Of a stretch of DNA of 64,000 bases, positions 11,521-22,854 are shown in pieces. Where the stretch lies: positions 864,001-928,000 of the forward strand of contig CAWGMQ010000007.1 of assembly GCA_963823665.1 (NCBI GenBank), written 5' to 3'. A program made the translations under genes and the position numbers. The notes beneath the pieces are model-generated. The model did not search any database and was not told the DNA's origin. It worked only from the letters and a program-made list of their open reading frames with translations. The DNA is from an uncultured Planctomycetota bacterium (GTDB lineage Bacteria; Planctomycetota; Planctomycetia; Isosphaerales; Isosphaeraceae). Each line of letters starts with the position of its first letter. Position 1 is the first letter of the stretch.

Positions 11521-12528
11521 ATGAACGCACTTGATTGGCTGAGAGCACCGAGCCGGGACGCGATTCGCCCGGTTTGTGTCGTTTTTGGTGACGACGCCTT
11601 CCTGGTTCGAGAGTCGATCAAGGCCCTGGGGCGGGCCATTTTTCCGGAGCAGGAGGGTGATCCGGGAATCAGCCGGTTCCCGGGAGCAATCACGGCGCTA
11701 GCCACCGTGCTTGACGAGGTGCGGACGCTCCCCTTCTTCAGCAAACGGCGCCTGGTGGTCGTCGAGGACGCCGATACGTTCGTCACCAAGCACCGGAGGG
11801 AGCTCGAGGCTTATACTGAGAAGCCGCACGAGTCGGGGACGCTGCTCTTGCAAACCAAGCAGTGGACCGCGACCACGAACCTGGCGAAGTTGGTGGAGAA
11901 GGTTGGTTTGCCGATCGACTGCTCGAGCCCGAAGGAAGCGGACCTCGTGCCGTGGATCAGCCAGGTTGCGATGAAACGATGGGGCACGCAACTCGAGCTC
12001 GCGGAGGCCCGGCTGCTCCTGGAGCTGGTGGGCCCGGAGCCGGGCATTCTCGTGTCCGAGCTCGAGAAGCTCTCGATCTATGCCGGGGAGAATAGCCGAA
12101 TCTACCGGAAAGACATCTTGAAGCTCGTGGGGGCCGGCCGGGTCGAGACCATCTGGAAGACTCTCGATGCGGCACTGGCGGGGCAGGTGCGTCTCGCGCT
12201 CGAGCATCTCGAGACGCTCATGGCCGCAGGTGAAGAACCGGTGGGGCTACTGGCGGCCATGAGCGCGAGCCTGCTGAAACTGCATTATGCCGGCCATTTC
12301 CGCGCGGCGCGAATCGACGTCAGCGAAGCATGCCGGATTGCCGGAATTCCGTCGTTCGCGGTCGAAAAGACGCGAAAGCAGCATGCCCATCTCGGCCCCA
12401 GGCGCGTCGATCACCTCCCGGCGACACTCCAGCGCGCCGATCTCGATCTCAAGGGTGGAAGCACGCTCGCCCCGCGTATCATCCTCGAGACATTCTTGAT
12501 CGGGCTCGCCTTGCCGCGGACCGACTGA
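11521..12528 (+). CDS. holA: DNA polymerase III subunit delta
   Basis: VVFGDDAFL, VRTLPFFSKRRLVVVEDAD, SELEKLSIY, ADLDLKGGS. Confidence 0.9.
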   Translation: MNALDWLRAPSRDAIRPVCVVFGDDAFLVRESIKALGRAIFPEQEGDPGISRFPGAITALATVLDEVRTLPFFSKRRLVVVEDADTFVTKHRRELEAYTEKPHESGTLLLQTKQWTATTNLAKLVEKVGLPIDCSSPKEADLVPWISQVAMKRWGTQLELAEARLLLELVGPEPGILVSELEKLSIYAGENSRIYRKDILKLVGAGRVETIWKTLDAALAGQVRLALEHLETLMAAGEEPVGLLAAMSASLLKLHYAGHFRAARIDVSEACRIAGIPSFAVEKTRKQHAHLGPRRVDHLPATLQRADLDLKGGSTLAPRIILETFLIGLALPRTD

Positions 12529-12625
12529 GGCCTCCGCGAACATTTCGCAACCGAACCCCTGAACGTGTTCTATGTTTCCGACGCGGCTTTGTTCATTTTA
12601 CTTTTGCGACGGTTGGAGCGGTTGC

Positions 12626-12853
12626 ATGAGCTTCGAAAACCTTGAGACGACGACGCGGCTTGCACAGCGGGTTGAACGAAACGTTCGTCACACTGCTTAC
12701 GGGCGGATCAGGAACCTCGTCGTCGAGGTGATTCAGGGGCAGGTTGTCGTCAGCGGGCAAGCGCCCTCACGCCACGTCAAACAGCTCGCACTCCAGGGTG
12801 CACTGGAGCTGCTTTCGGGCGATTGCTTTGCGGAGAGAATCACGATTCTGTGA
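12626..12853 (+). CDS. Small BON-like domain protein
   Basis: GRIRNLVVEVIQGQVVVSGQAPSRHVKQLA. Confidence 0.65.
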   Translation: MSFENLETTTRLAQRVERNVRHTAYGRIRNLVVEVIQGQVVVSGQAPSRHVKQLALQGALELLSGDCFAERITIL

Positions 12854-12897
12854 AGGAAGGCGAGCGAAGTCGGAGGACGAAGAAGGGCGGGAATTCG

Positions 12898-14282
12898 CTA
12901 TTTTACTGTCGGCGTCGTTTCGTCGCCCGGACCGGCCAAGTCGTCGTCGGGCAGGTTTTTGAGATAGGCGCCGATGTGATCCCCTGCGGAAGGTTGGAGA
13001 GTTCCGCGCTCCCGGTGATCGAGACTCCTTGGCGAGCATCATGACAAGGTCGCGATGTGCCTTTCGGTACGCGCGATTCGGTGGCCAGCCGGTGATGCGA
13101 CCGCTCGAACCCAGGATTTGCAGTCTGGCGTCGCGGGTTGCGACCAGCCACCGTGCGACCTCCTGCGGTGGTAACGCGCGGCGCCGGAAGGCGCAAGACG
13201 ACTGACATCGTAAAGCCCCAGGGTGATCGGCCTCGTCCCTGTAAGGACAACTCGAACGGCCGGCTTCCGGGTCTGAAGCTCGGGATTTTCCACCTGCGCC
13301 AGCCAGTTGGCAAAGAGCAGCCGCAGAACGCGGCGGCTTCGCTCTGGCTCGCGCAAGAGGGAGCGGCGGGCCGCCTCGATCGATTCGACCAAGTCGGCCG
13401 GCAACTGCATGTCGCCAAGGCGAACGTTCCACTGTCCCTCGATCGCCTGACGATCGTGCGGACGCACTGGCTGCTCGATCCAGCGCACGATTTCGAGGTA
13501 CCCCGTTTTGAGTGCAACCGAATCCCACTCAGGTTTTGGCTCGGCGCTCTTCACTTCATCAAGGGCGATCTTGAGCTGCGGAATCGTGGTTTTCGGATCG
13601 GCCGCCCAGGTCGCGAGCCGTTGCTGCAACCAACCGCGGCGAGGAGGATGACGTTGACACGGTGTCGTTGATCGAGGTTGCCCCGCCGCACGACGTGAGC
13701 CGCCACGCGCAGGACTGCGCGATAGCAGTCCCAGGCGCCCGCCATGTCGCCAGCTTCTTGCCGCTTGCTAGCCTCCAGGAGCGCCAACACGCTCAACAGA
13801 TTAGTACTGAAGCTGATCCCCGAGAAATCTGCGGCCAGGTCCATGCCCGCATCGGCCTGTTCGCCCGCCTGCTGAAATAAGGCGATCGCGCGAGCATTCT
13901 CCTCGACCCACGCCCGCAATCTTGGATCCGCTTTCGACCAGGAAACGGTCCCATCGGACTGACTCACCGACCGCGGAATGCTTGGATACCCAGTCTCCAT
14001 TCTCGCCGCTCGGTCTAGATACGCGAAGGCATTCTGATCGTCGGGAATGCGAACTGCGCGGAACGCCGCGACATCGAAGGGATCGCCAATGTCCGGGAGC
14101 CCGTTCAGACTGGTCAGCCACCAGATGGCAAGAGCCGTGGCGCCCAGCGCAAGGCAGACCGCCAAGACGATGGTGACCCGCGCCAGTTGGCGGAGTCGCC
14201 TTCGCAGCAACTGAAGCATCTTCTGCGACGGAACGCTCACCGCGGCAGGTGCGGGGGCGGTACTGTCGCGACTGGTGGGCAT
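12898..14282 (-). CDS. Conserved hypothetical membrane-anchored helical protein (frameshifts near 13630, 13180, 13025)
   Basis: N-terminal TM helix, LPDIGDPFDV; reading continues through ORFs 13551, 13039 and 12767 to ...YLKNLPDD...PTVK-stop. Confidence 0.6.
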
Positions 14283-14584
14283 GAGAGGTCTTCTCCAGAC
14301 TCAATGAGATTATTGGCCCGACTCCCACGTCATCCTACCACGATCGATCGCTCTCGCAACTACAATTGTCGGAGAATGGGAGAACGGGACCGAGGGCGAT
14401 GGCACCCGGCACCGACTCTGCGGGGCGATCGCGGACGACCCGGGTTGAGCTTGAGGAATGGCGGAGTTTAGAGCATATTGGAGTGCGGACAAACGCAGCG
14501 ACTCCAGTCGGAACTGGACGGGAAGGATTTGCCGAACGCCGTTCCTGATAAGCTGTTGGGCAGATTTTGCCATAACGCGCGGAC

Positions 14585-14607
14585 GGCACACGGAGTGTGC
14601 CTGCTAC
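14585..14607 (-). repeat. GTAG-type REP hairpin (copy 1)
   Basis: GTAGCA-GGCACAC-TCC-GTGTGCC; variant copy at 24258-24280. Confidence 0.7.
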
Positions 14608-14619
14608 AGGGGAGGTTCC

Positions 14620-16188
14620 ATGACTCGCGCATCGATCTTGAGGCGGCGCGGATTGACGCTTTGCTTCGTGACGGCGATCGGGCTCGGCTTTGGCTCGAGC
14701 TTATCTGCTCAGGAGTCGTGGGATGCCATTTATCTAGCGGGCACGCACGTGGGGTTTGTGCATACCTTTGTCGAGCAGGTGAAAAATCGAGGAAAGGACT
14801 ATCTGCGCGTACGGATCGATATGGAACAGAACCTCAAGCGCGGTCGCGACTTTTCCCAAACGCGACTGACTTACGGAACGATCGAGACGCTCGACGGCCA
14901 GGTTCTCCGGCTCGACACGTTGACGGACACCGGCGAACAGAGGATTCGCGCCCACGGCGACGTGATCAATGGCGAGATGAATCTCGTGCTGGAGATCGGC
15001 AGGGCCAAGCAAGCACTGGTCATTCCGTTTGGCGCCGATGTTCGCGGCCCGTACGCTCCGGAACAGAGCATGGCCCGGCAGCCAATGAAGGAAAACGAGA
15101 CCCGGGCCCTCAAGATGTTCATGCCGACGCTCAACAAGATCTGCGACATCGAGCTGGTCGCCCTGAAGGTCGAGCGCACGATCATGGGTGACGGGACGCA
15201 ACGAGACCTCTTGCACGTCGAGCAGAAGACGAAGGTCGATGGCGTGGCCAAGCCCGAGTTCGACGTCAGGCTCTGGGTCGATCAGGAAGGGCAAGTCCTC
15301 AAGCAGGAGGTCGACATTCTGGGCGGGTATCTCCAGTACCGGACGACGAAGGAAGCGGCGAAATCGAAGGGCGGCCCGGTCCAGTTCGACCTGATTCAAG
15401 GGTCGATGATCAAGGTGAAGCACGTCATTCCAAACCCTGATCAGTCGCGCATGGTGCGCTATCAACTGACATACAAGGGGGGCGACCCCGCCCAGGTCAT
15501 TCCGACCGATCCGCGTCAGAGCCTGGAGACTCCAGCGGAGATCAAGGAACAAATCAAGCAACAACTGGTCGTCCCTGCGGATGCGCGTCAGAACGCGGAG
15601 GCCGGCACGGGCAAGAATTCGGCGATCTTGAAGGTGCAGAGCGTCGGGCCGACGGACGGCGAGGCGGGCCCGGTCGAAGTCGATGCGCAATACGTGAGAG
15701 CCAATGCTCTCGTTTCTTCCGATGACTCGCAAGTGCGTGCGGCCGCGCTGAAGGCGACGCGAGGCGCCGTGGACCCATGGCAGAAGGCGATGGCGATCCA
15801 GAACTGGGTGAACAAGAACATCAGACGGAAGAACTTCAAGGTTGCGTTCGCAGCGGCAAACGAGGTTGCCCGCAACCTGGAGGGCGACTGCACAGAGCAC
15901 GCCGTGCTGGCGGCCGCGATGTGCAGGGCCGTGGGCATCCCGTCGCGCGTGGTGGTCGGCCTGATCTATGTCGAGGAACAATCGGCCTTTGGTTATCACA
16001 TGTGGGACGAAGTGTACGTCAACCAGCGCTGGGTCGCGATCGATCCTTCCTGGAAACAGTCGGTGGTCGATGCCGTGCACATCAAGATCTCCGACTCGAG
16101 TCTCGATGGAATTGCTCCGTTCGAGGCGTTCACGCCGATCATCCGCGTGATGGGCAAGCTCGAGATCGATCCGATCGAGTTCAGGTGA
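14620..16188 (+). CDS. Secreted transglutaminase-like domain protein
   Basis: RBS GGAGG, signal peptide, C-H-D triad in GDCTEHA / YHMWDEVY / WVAIDP. Confidence 0.85.
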   Translation: MTRASILRRRGLTLCFVTAIGLGFGSSLSAQESWDAIYLAGTHVGFVHTFVEQVKNRGKDYLRVRIDMEQNLKRGRDFSQTRLTYGTIETLDGQVLRLDTLTDTGEQRIRAHGDVINGEMNLVLEIGRAKQALVIPFGADVRGPYAPEQSMARQPMKENETRALKMFMPTLNKICDIELVALKVERTIMGDGTQRDLLHVEQKTKVDGVAKPEFDVRLWVDQEGQVLKQEVDILGGYLQYRTTKEAAKSKGGPVQFDLIQGSMIKVKHVIPNPDQSRMVRYQLTYKGGDPAQVIPTDPRQSLETPAEIKEQIKQQLVVPADARQNAEAGTGKNSAILKVQSVGPTDGEAGPVEVDAQYVRANALVSSDDSQVRAAALKATRGAVDPWQKAMAIQNWVNKNIRRKNFKVAFAAANEVARNLEGDCTEHAVLAAAMCRAVGIPSRVVVGLIYVEEQSAFGYHMWDEVYVNQRWVAIDPSWKQSVVDAVHIKISDSSLDGIAPFEAFTPIIRVMGKLEIDPIEFR

Positions 16189-16223
16189 GAGCGCGTCTGC
16201 GAATTGCGATCGTGTGCGGGAGA

Positions 16224-16259
16224 CCCCTCACCCCGGCCCTCTCCCCGGGGGAGAGGGAG
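16224..16259 (+). repeat. REP-like palindrome
   Basis: CCCCTCACCCCGG-CCCTCTCCCC-G-GGGGAGAGGG. Confidence 0.65.
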
Positions 16260-16431
16260 CGGGAGCGATATGCCGTCGCGGCAAGAGCCGGGGACCGCGC
16301 CCGGACGTGTGCGGGGCAAACGAATTCACTCGGACACTCTTGCCGGCTTGCTTGCAGGATCGTAGACTGCGAGTAGAGGGCTTTGCGCCCCACTTCGCGG
16401 CGCCCTCCAGAAAGAATCGGGGGGAACGAAT

Positions 16432-17838
16432 ATGAAGACGCACCGGTCGATCCTGCGAGCGTCGTTGGCCGTGACCGCACTCTTCTTCGGGGCAGGGGGC
16501 CTTGAGATCGCCGCCGCGCAGGAGGCCCGCCGTCCTGCGGCGGCGGGGCAGACAAACGATGCGCCGCGCGCGGAGCTTCAGGTCCTGGCTGCGCTGCGGG
16601 CGCACCCGGTGACAGCTCCCTATCCAATCTCGGTGACGTGGAATAAACGGGCGGTCGTGCTGTCGGGGCGGGTCGGGACCAAAGCGGTCCACGACGTGGC
16701 GGTGCAGCTTGCGATTGCCAGCGGATCGCCGATTCGCGATGACCTGGTGATCGATACGGGGCTGGCGTCCCTGTCCTCGAGCCCAGGGCTGGGAGTATCG
16801 TCTCCGTACATCTATCCGCCGCCACTGATGGGCAGGATGGATGACCCCTTCTTTGGCTTCGTGCCACCGCTCGTGAGCTTTCCGCCTTGGTGGCGGCGCC
16901 AGATGGAGCGCCAGCCCATGCAGCGGCCCGGGCCGATGGGCGACCCGAATGTGGTTCCAGGTGCGGCGGCCTCAGCCGACGGCCGAGGCCCGAATGGACA
17001 GAGAGCTCCCGCTGGCGGCTGGCAGCCGTTTGATGTGGCGCCGGTGAAGGGCCAGGTTGAGGTGACCGTGGACGCGTCCGGGCAGGTGTTCTTGCGCGGG
17101 GTTGTCACCAGCGAGGAGGCCGGCCGCGAGATTGAAGAGGCCGCTCGAAGCGTGCCGGGAGTTTCTCGTGTGGACTCGCAGTTTCAAGTGCTTCCGCGGC
17201 ATGCGGGGGGCGAAAACCCGCCGCCGCGGCCGGGCGATCCCGTCGAGCCGCGGCGGGCACCGGCGGGCGATGCGCCTCCGCCGCCCGAACCTGTCGTGCC
17301 GGACGATGCCCTGAAGGGCCCACCTGCCAAAGCGCCGGCGCGTGCCAAACCGGCCGCGACGGGCCCCTCAGCCCTCGACAAAGGAAACTTGAGCCGGCGC
17401 GTCGTGACCGCGATCTCGCGTCGTCCCGTGGGCGCGGAGCTTCCGGTGGCGGTCCGTTCCAATGATGAAGGCACCGTCACGCTCTCCGGCCGCGTTCCCA
17501 CAGCATACGAAGCCATGATCGTCTACCGCGCCGCCCAGCAAACCCCAGGCGTCCGGGAAGTGATCGATCGAATCGAATTCACCGTTCCGGACGAGGACCA
17601 TCCCAATCCTCTGGTCGGAAAAGGCCGCCCGGAAGACCTCGAGCCATTCCTCCAGTCGCAGATCCGGCGGCACGTCGGCGACCTGGCTCACATAGACCGG
17701 ATTCAAGCGCAAGGCGATATTGTTGACATCCGCGGCACGCTCGGCGAAGGGCAGGACCGCGAGCGATTGCTTGCCATCCTGCGATCGATCCCGGTGTTGC
17801 GCGGGTTTCGTCTCGAGACCCAGCTCAGCGCCGAATGA
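16432..17838 (+). CDS. Multi-BON domain secreted protein
   Basis: Signal peptide; repeats VVLSGRV, VFLRGVV...RSVPGVSRV, VTLSGRV...QTPGVREV. Confidence 0.8.
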   Translation: MKTHRSILRASLAVTALFFGAGGLEIAAAQEARRPAAAGQTNDAPRAELQVLAALRAHPVTAPYPISVTWNKRAVVLSGRVGTKAVHDVAVQLAIASGSPIRDDLVIDTGLASLSSSPGLGVSSPYIYPPPLMGRMDDPFFGFVPPLVSFPPWWRRQMERQPMQRPGPMGDPNVVPGAAASADGRGPNGQRAPAGGWQPFDVAPVKGQVEVTVDASGQVFLRGVVTSEEAGREIEEAARSVPGVSRVDSQFQVLPRHAGGENPPPRPGDPVEPRRAPAGDAPPPPEPVVPDDALKGPPAKAPARAKPAATGPSALDKGNLSRRVVTAISRRPVGAELPVAVRSNDEGTVTLSGRVPTAYEAMIVYRAAQQTPGVREVIDRIEFTVPDEDHPNPLVGKGRPEDLEPFLQSQIRRHVGDLAHIDRIQAQGDIVDIRGTLGEGQDRERLLAILRSIPVLRGFRLETQLSAE

Positions 17839-18133
17839 AGCCGGTCCAGGCGTTTCGGGCGGGCTGTCGGCGCGGTTTCCGACGATGCCCGCAAAATAGG
17901 CAATATTTAAGGGCGAATGCGGCTGAGAATCGTCAAATCCGACCCAAGTTCTTTGGGTCGTTTGATCTTGATCGAATCTACATGAGGCGCGTACGATGTG
18001 CGCCGCCTTTGACGAACGTGGGCATTCGTTGAGTCCGCAGGTCACCCGGCGCGGCAAGACTTCTGTTTGGCCAGCTTGCGCCGAGGGAGAGGATTGCATA
18101 CGCATGATCGCCAACAGGGAAGGAGGCGACCAC

Positions 18134-20235
18134 GTGAAGCCTTCGGAGTGGACGGCTTCGCGGCACGGCTCGGGTGGCAGCGATTACGCGAGAGACGACT
18201 CTCCGACTGGACCATCCTATCGCGGAGCAAACGGCGACTCGCGCGAAACGGCGATCGAACGATCGAGCGATTGGCTCATTACCCGCCAGTATGATGAAGG
18301 GCACTGGGTCGCCGAGCTGGAAGGCGATACGATCCTCGAGTCAGAATATGTTCTCTTGCTCGCATTCCTGGGGCTGGAAACGGACCCGGTCTGCGGGGGG
18401 ATGGCGCGGTATATCCGCGATCATCAGCTCGAGAACGGGGGCTGGGCGATCTATCCCGGCGGGCCGACGGACGTGAGTGCCTCGGTCAAGGCGTATTTCG
18501 CGCTCAAGCTGGTTGGGGCAAACCCCGATGAACTCGGCGATGGTGCGAGCCCGGCGGGCGATTCTGGACGCGGGTGGGGCGGCGGAATGCAACAGCTTCA
18601 CGCGGTTTTACCTGGCGCTGCTGGGCCAGATCAGGTATGACGAGTGCCCGTGCGTTCCGCCGGAGCTCGTGCTTCTGCCGTCCTGGTTGAACTTCAGCTT
18701 GAGTGCGATGTCGGCGTGGACGCGCACGATTGTGGTTCCGCTCTCGATCATGTCGATATTTAAGCCGGTGCGGCGGCTCGGCCCGGAGCAGGGCATCGCC
18801 GAGCTGTTTCGAGGCGATCGCCCGACGTCGCAGCGGCCGGAGGCAGGCTTCTTCACCTGGACGAATTTCTTCCTGGGGATGGACCGCACGCTCAAGTGGC
18901 TGGACCGGCGGTTGCCCGCGGCCTGGCGGAAGCCGGCGGCTCCGGGCGGCGCAGCGGTGGATGCTCGCGCATTGCGAGAAAACCGACGGGCTGGGTGCGA
19001 TCTTCCCGCCGATGGTTTATTCGATCATCGCGCTTCGGTGCCTGGGATACGAGCTGGATTCGCCGGAAGTGGAGTGGGCGCTAGGCGCAGTTGCGGGGCC
19101 TGCAGATCGCGAAGGCGACCGGGTGCGGGTGCAACCCTGTCTCTCGCCGGTGTGGGACACGGCGATTGCCACGATTTGCCTGGCCGATGCGGGGGTGCCC
19201 GCGGATCATCCGGCCTGGGGCGAGCGGTCGAGTGGCTGCTCTCCAAGGAGGTGCGGCACCCGGGCGACTGGCAGATTCGCCGGAAGGGGGTCGAGCCCAC
19301 CGGCTGGCATTTCCAGTTTCACAATGCGTTCTATCCGGATCTCGACGACACCGCGATGGTGCTGCTGGGGCTCAAGCGGTCGCCTCTGGCGAGCGAGCCG
19401 GAGGTCGCGGCGGCGATTCAGCGGGGAGTCGAGCTGGTTGCTCTCGATGCAGAATCGCGACGGCGGTTGGGCCGCCTACGACGTCGACATCGATAATCAG
19501 GTGCTCACCAAGCTCCCGTTTGCCGACCACAACGCGATGCTCGACCCGAGCTGTGCGGATATCACCGCCCGCGTGATCGAGCTGCTTGGAACTCTCGGAT
19601 ATCGCGACTGAGCACCCATCGATCGCACGCGCCCTCGACTATCTCTTCCGCACGCAGGAGCCCGAGGGGTGCTGGTACGGGCGGTGGGGCGTCAACTACA
19701 TCTACGGCACCTGGCAGGTGCTTGCAGGGGCTTCGCACGATCGACTTCCTCGATGGATCATCCCGCGATCGAGAAAGGCGGTGGCCTGGCTCGAACGGAC
19801 GCAGCAGGCGGGACGGATCCTGGGGAGAAACGTGCAAGAGCTACGACGAGCCTGCGCTCAAGGGCACCGGAGAGCCGACGCCATCGCAGACGGCGTGGGC
19901 GACCTTGGGCTTGATCGCCGCCGGCAGGGCGGGTTCTCTGGCGGTCGGAACGCGGGATCGAGTACTTGATCGAAACCCAGCTTGCCGACGGATCGTGGGA
20001 CGAGACTTCGTTCACGGGTACCGGGTTTCCCCGCGTGTTCTACCTCCGCTATCATTACTACCGAGTGTATTTCCCCTTGATGGCGATTGCCCGCTACCAG
20101 AGTGCGCGGGGCAGCGCCTTCCGGGAGCGTCGTCATCGCTACAGCGAGGCATTCCCGCCCGGCCTCTTTCAATGGGTCGCTAGCTTCAGACGATTGCTCG
20201 TGGCTGGGCCGGGCCGAAACGGCTGCTTCCCCTGA
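18134..20235 (+). CDS. shc: Squalene-hopene cyclase (many indels; 3' end approximate)
   Basis: GHWVAELEGD, QPCLSPVWDT, YPDLDDTA (DXDD), QNRDGGWAAYD, WYGRWGVNYIYGT, FTGTGFPRVFYL. Confidence 0.92.
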
Positions 20236-20278
20236 CGGAGCGCTCGACGACGATACCCAAGCCAGGAGGTCGAGCTCG

Positions 20279-21289
20279 ATGCGGTTCCCGCTGCCGATGA
20301 CAACCCGAATCGCCGGCTACGTCGCCCGCAAGCGACTGGCGCGGGCCAAGAAGTTCCCCATGGTGCTGATGCTCGAGCCGCTCCACGCCTGCAACTTGAC
20401 GTGCACGGGCTGCGGGCGAATTCGGGAATACGAATCGACGATCAAGCAAAAGCTCTCGATCGACGAGTGCTTGAGCGCCGTCGATGAGTGCGGTGCGCCG
20501 GTGGTCTCGATCTGCGGCGGCGAGCCGATGATCTACCCGGGCCTGGGCGAGCTCGTCGCCAAGATCCAGGAGCGGAAGAAAGTCATCATTCTCTGCACCA
20601 ACGGAATGTTCATCCGCAAGAAGCTGGCCGAATTCAAGCCCAGCCGCACGTTCTTCTTCAACGTCCATCTCGACGGAATGAAGAAGAACCACGACATCGC
20701 CGTCGAGCGCGAGGGGGTTTTCGACGTGGCGATCGACGGCATCAAGGCGGCCAAGGAGGGCGGGTTCCTGGTGTGCACCAACACCACGATCTTCAAGGAA
20801 ACCGACATGGCGGAGATCGACACCCTCTTCGCCTATCTCACCACGCTCGGCGTCGACGGGTTCATCATCTCGCCGGCATACAGCTACGCCGCGGTCAACT
20901 CCAAGGAGATCTTCATGACCCGCGACGACATCAAGGCCAAGTTCCGCGCGGCCGAAGGGATGTTCCGCAAGTACCGTTTTCACTCGTCGCCGATGTATCA
21001 GGAATTCCTTCAGGGCAAGCGCGAGATGCAGTGCACGGCCTGGGCGAGCCCGACGCGCAACATCAAAGGCTGGAAAGGCCCCTGCTACCTGATCACCGAT
21101 ATCCACCACGAGTCGCATGCCGATCTCCTCAACAAGACCGAGTGGGACAAGTTCGGCTACGGGAAGGACCCCCGATGCGAGAACTGCATGGTGCACGTCG
21201 GGTATGAGACCGGGGCCGCGGTGGGCGTCAACGGCCGCCTGGGCGATGCGCTCAAGATGATCAAGTGGCAAATCACCTCGGCCGGGTGA
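20279..21289 (+). CDS. hpnH: Hopanoid radical SAM adenosyl-hopene transferase
   Basis: LMLEPLHACNLTCTGCGRI, GGEP, DPRCENCMVH; downstream of shc. Confidence 0.92.
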   Translation: MRFPLPMTTRIAGYVARKRLARAKKFPMVLMLEPLHACNLTCTGCGRIREYESTIKQKLSIDECLSAVDECGAPVVSICGGEPMIYPGLGELVAKIQERKKVIILCTNGMFIRKKLAEFKPSRTFFFNVHLDGMKKNHDIAVEREGVFDVAIDGIKAAKEGGFLVCTNTTIFKETDMAEIDTLFAYLTTLGVDGFIISPAYSYAAVNSKEIFMTRDDIKAKFRAAEGMFRKYRFHSSPMYQEFLQGKREMQCTAWASPTRNIKGWKGPCYLITDIHHESHADLLNKTEWDKFGYGKDPRCENCMVHVGYETGAAVGVNGRLGDALKMIKWQITSAG

Positions 21290-21314
21290 AGTTCTCTTCC
21301 TTCCGAGTGGCACG

Positions 21315-22073
21315 ATGAGTGAAGCGCGGGGGCTGGCGCCCCATCCCGTGCCGGCCGACGTCGGAATCGTGGCGGCACTGGCCATCGAAACGGCAGACCT
21401 GATCGAGGGCCTCAAGGACGTCCGCAAATATCAGTCAGCCTCGATCCCGGTGATCGAAGGCGAGCGTGGCGGCAAGATCATCGCGGTGGCCTTGAGCGGG
21501 CCGGGCCGGGCCGCCGCGCGCCAGGCCACGGACCTGCTCCTCTCCGGGCACCGGCCACGGCTGATCATCGCCGCCGGTTTCGCGGGTGCGCTTGATCCAG
21601 CGCTCGCGCGAAATGACCTGGTTCTGCCGGACGAGATCGTCGATCGGGAGGGCTTTCGCGGGCAGATTGAAAAGCCGCCGGCATTTGGAGCCGGCATCCG
21701 GCACGGCCGAGGCCGCCTGCTCACGGTGGATAAAGTTGTGCTCCTGGCGAGCCAGAAGGCCGAGCTGCGGGCCGCGTACCAGGCTGATCTGGTCGACATG
21801 GAGACCTCGGCCGTTGCAGCCGTATGCCTCGACAAATTGGTGCAGTTTCTCGCCGTGCGCGTCATCAGCGACGATGCCCATACGGATCTACCGCGCGAGG
21901 TTTCATCGGTGCTCGCGCACGGGGGAAGCTATCGGGTCGGCGCGGCGCTTTGCGCGGTCTGGCAGCGGCCCTCCAGCGTCAAGGATTTCTGGAAGCTGTA
22001 CGAACACGCGATCGAAGCTGCGGGGCGGCTCGGCAAGTTCCTTTCGACTTGGCTGGATGAGCTGGAGGTTTGA
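21315..22073 (+). CDS. hpnG: Hopanoid-associated nucleoside phosphorylase-like protein
   Basis: AGFAGALDP, VDMETSAVA, VRVISDDA; follows hpnH. Confidence 0.7.
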   Translation: MSEARGLAPHPVPADVGIVAALAIETADLIEGLKDVRKYQSASIPVIEGERGGKIIAVALSGPGRAAARQATDLLLSGHRPRLIIAAGFAGALDPALARNDLVLPDEIVDREGFRGQIEKPPAFGAGIRHGRGRLLTVDKVVLLASQKAELRAAYQADLVDMETSAVAAVCLDKLVQFLAVRVISDDAHTDLPREVSSVLAHGGSYRVGAALCAVWQRPSSVKDFWKLYEHAIEAAGRLGKFLSTWLDELEV

Positions 22074-22293
22074 AGCGCGGGAGTGACGGATGCACGGAAC
22101 GAGAACGCTCGCGCCCGCGGTCGCGCCGCTCCCGCGTCCGGTCCGCGCTTGGCAAGCTTCCGGTCCAGGAATTATGCTCGCATTGAGCATTGGCGAGAAA
22201 ATGAGCGAGGATCTGCCCGCCGGGCGTCGTTATGAATAGAGAGAGCAGCCGCGTCGGGTGTTGTCTGAAACCGATCTGTGAAGGGAGCTCCAA

Positions 22294-22854
22294 TTGAAGT
22301 GGCATGCAACGACGATTCTCTCGGTGCGCAAAGGAGATCGCGTCGCGATCGGGGGTGACGGGCAGGTTACCCTGGGAACGCAGGTGATGAAAGGCGACGC
22401 GGTGAAGATTCGCAAGTTGCTCGATGGGCAGGTGCTCGTCGGTTTCGCGGGCTCGGCCGCGGACGGTTTTGCGCTCATGGAGCGGTTTGAAGGCAAGCTT
22501 AAAGAGTATCCCATGAACGTTCCGCGCGCGGCGACCGAGCTGGCGAAGCTCTGGCGGACGGACCGGATGCTCCGGCGGCTCGAGGCGGTGCTGATCGTTG
22601 TCGACGCGCGGCACAGCCTGCTCCTCTCGGGCTCGGGTGATGTGATCCAGCCCAGCGACGGCATCCTCGCGACGGGGTCGGGAGGTGGTTATGCGCTAGC
22701 TGCGGCGAGGGCGCTGCTGAAACACTCGGGCCTTTCAGCGGCGGAGGTGGTGCGCGAGTCGCTCGCGATCGCCTCCGGCATCGACATCTACACCAACTCG
22801 AACCTGACCGTGGAGGAGCTTCCGTGCCAGACCACCAGCCCGAGCGCGAGCTGA
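22294..22854 (+). CDS. hslV: ATP-dependent protease peptidase subunit
   Basis: [39 protein letters not shown]. Confidence 0.95.
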   Translation: MKWHATTILSVRKGDRVAIGGDGQVTLGTQVMKGDAVKIRKLLDGQVLVGFAGSAADGFALMERFEGKLKEYPMNVPRAATELAKLWRTDRMLRRLEAVLIVVDARHSLLLSGSGDVIQPSDGILATGSGGGYALAAARALLKHSGLSAAEVVRESLAIASGIDIYTNSNLTVEELPCQTTSPSAS

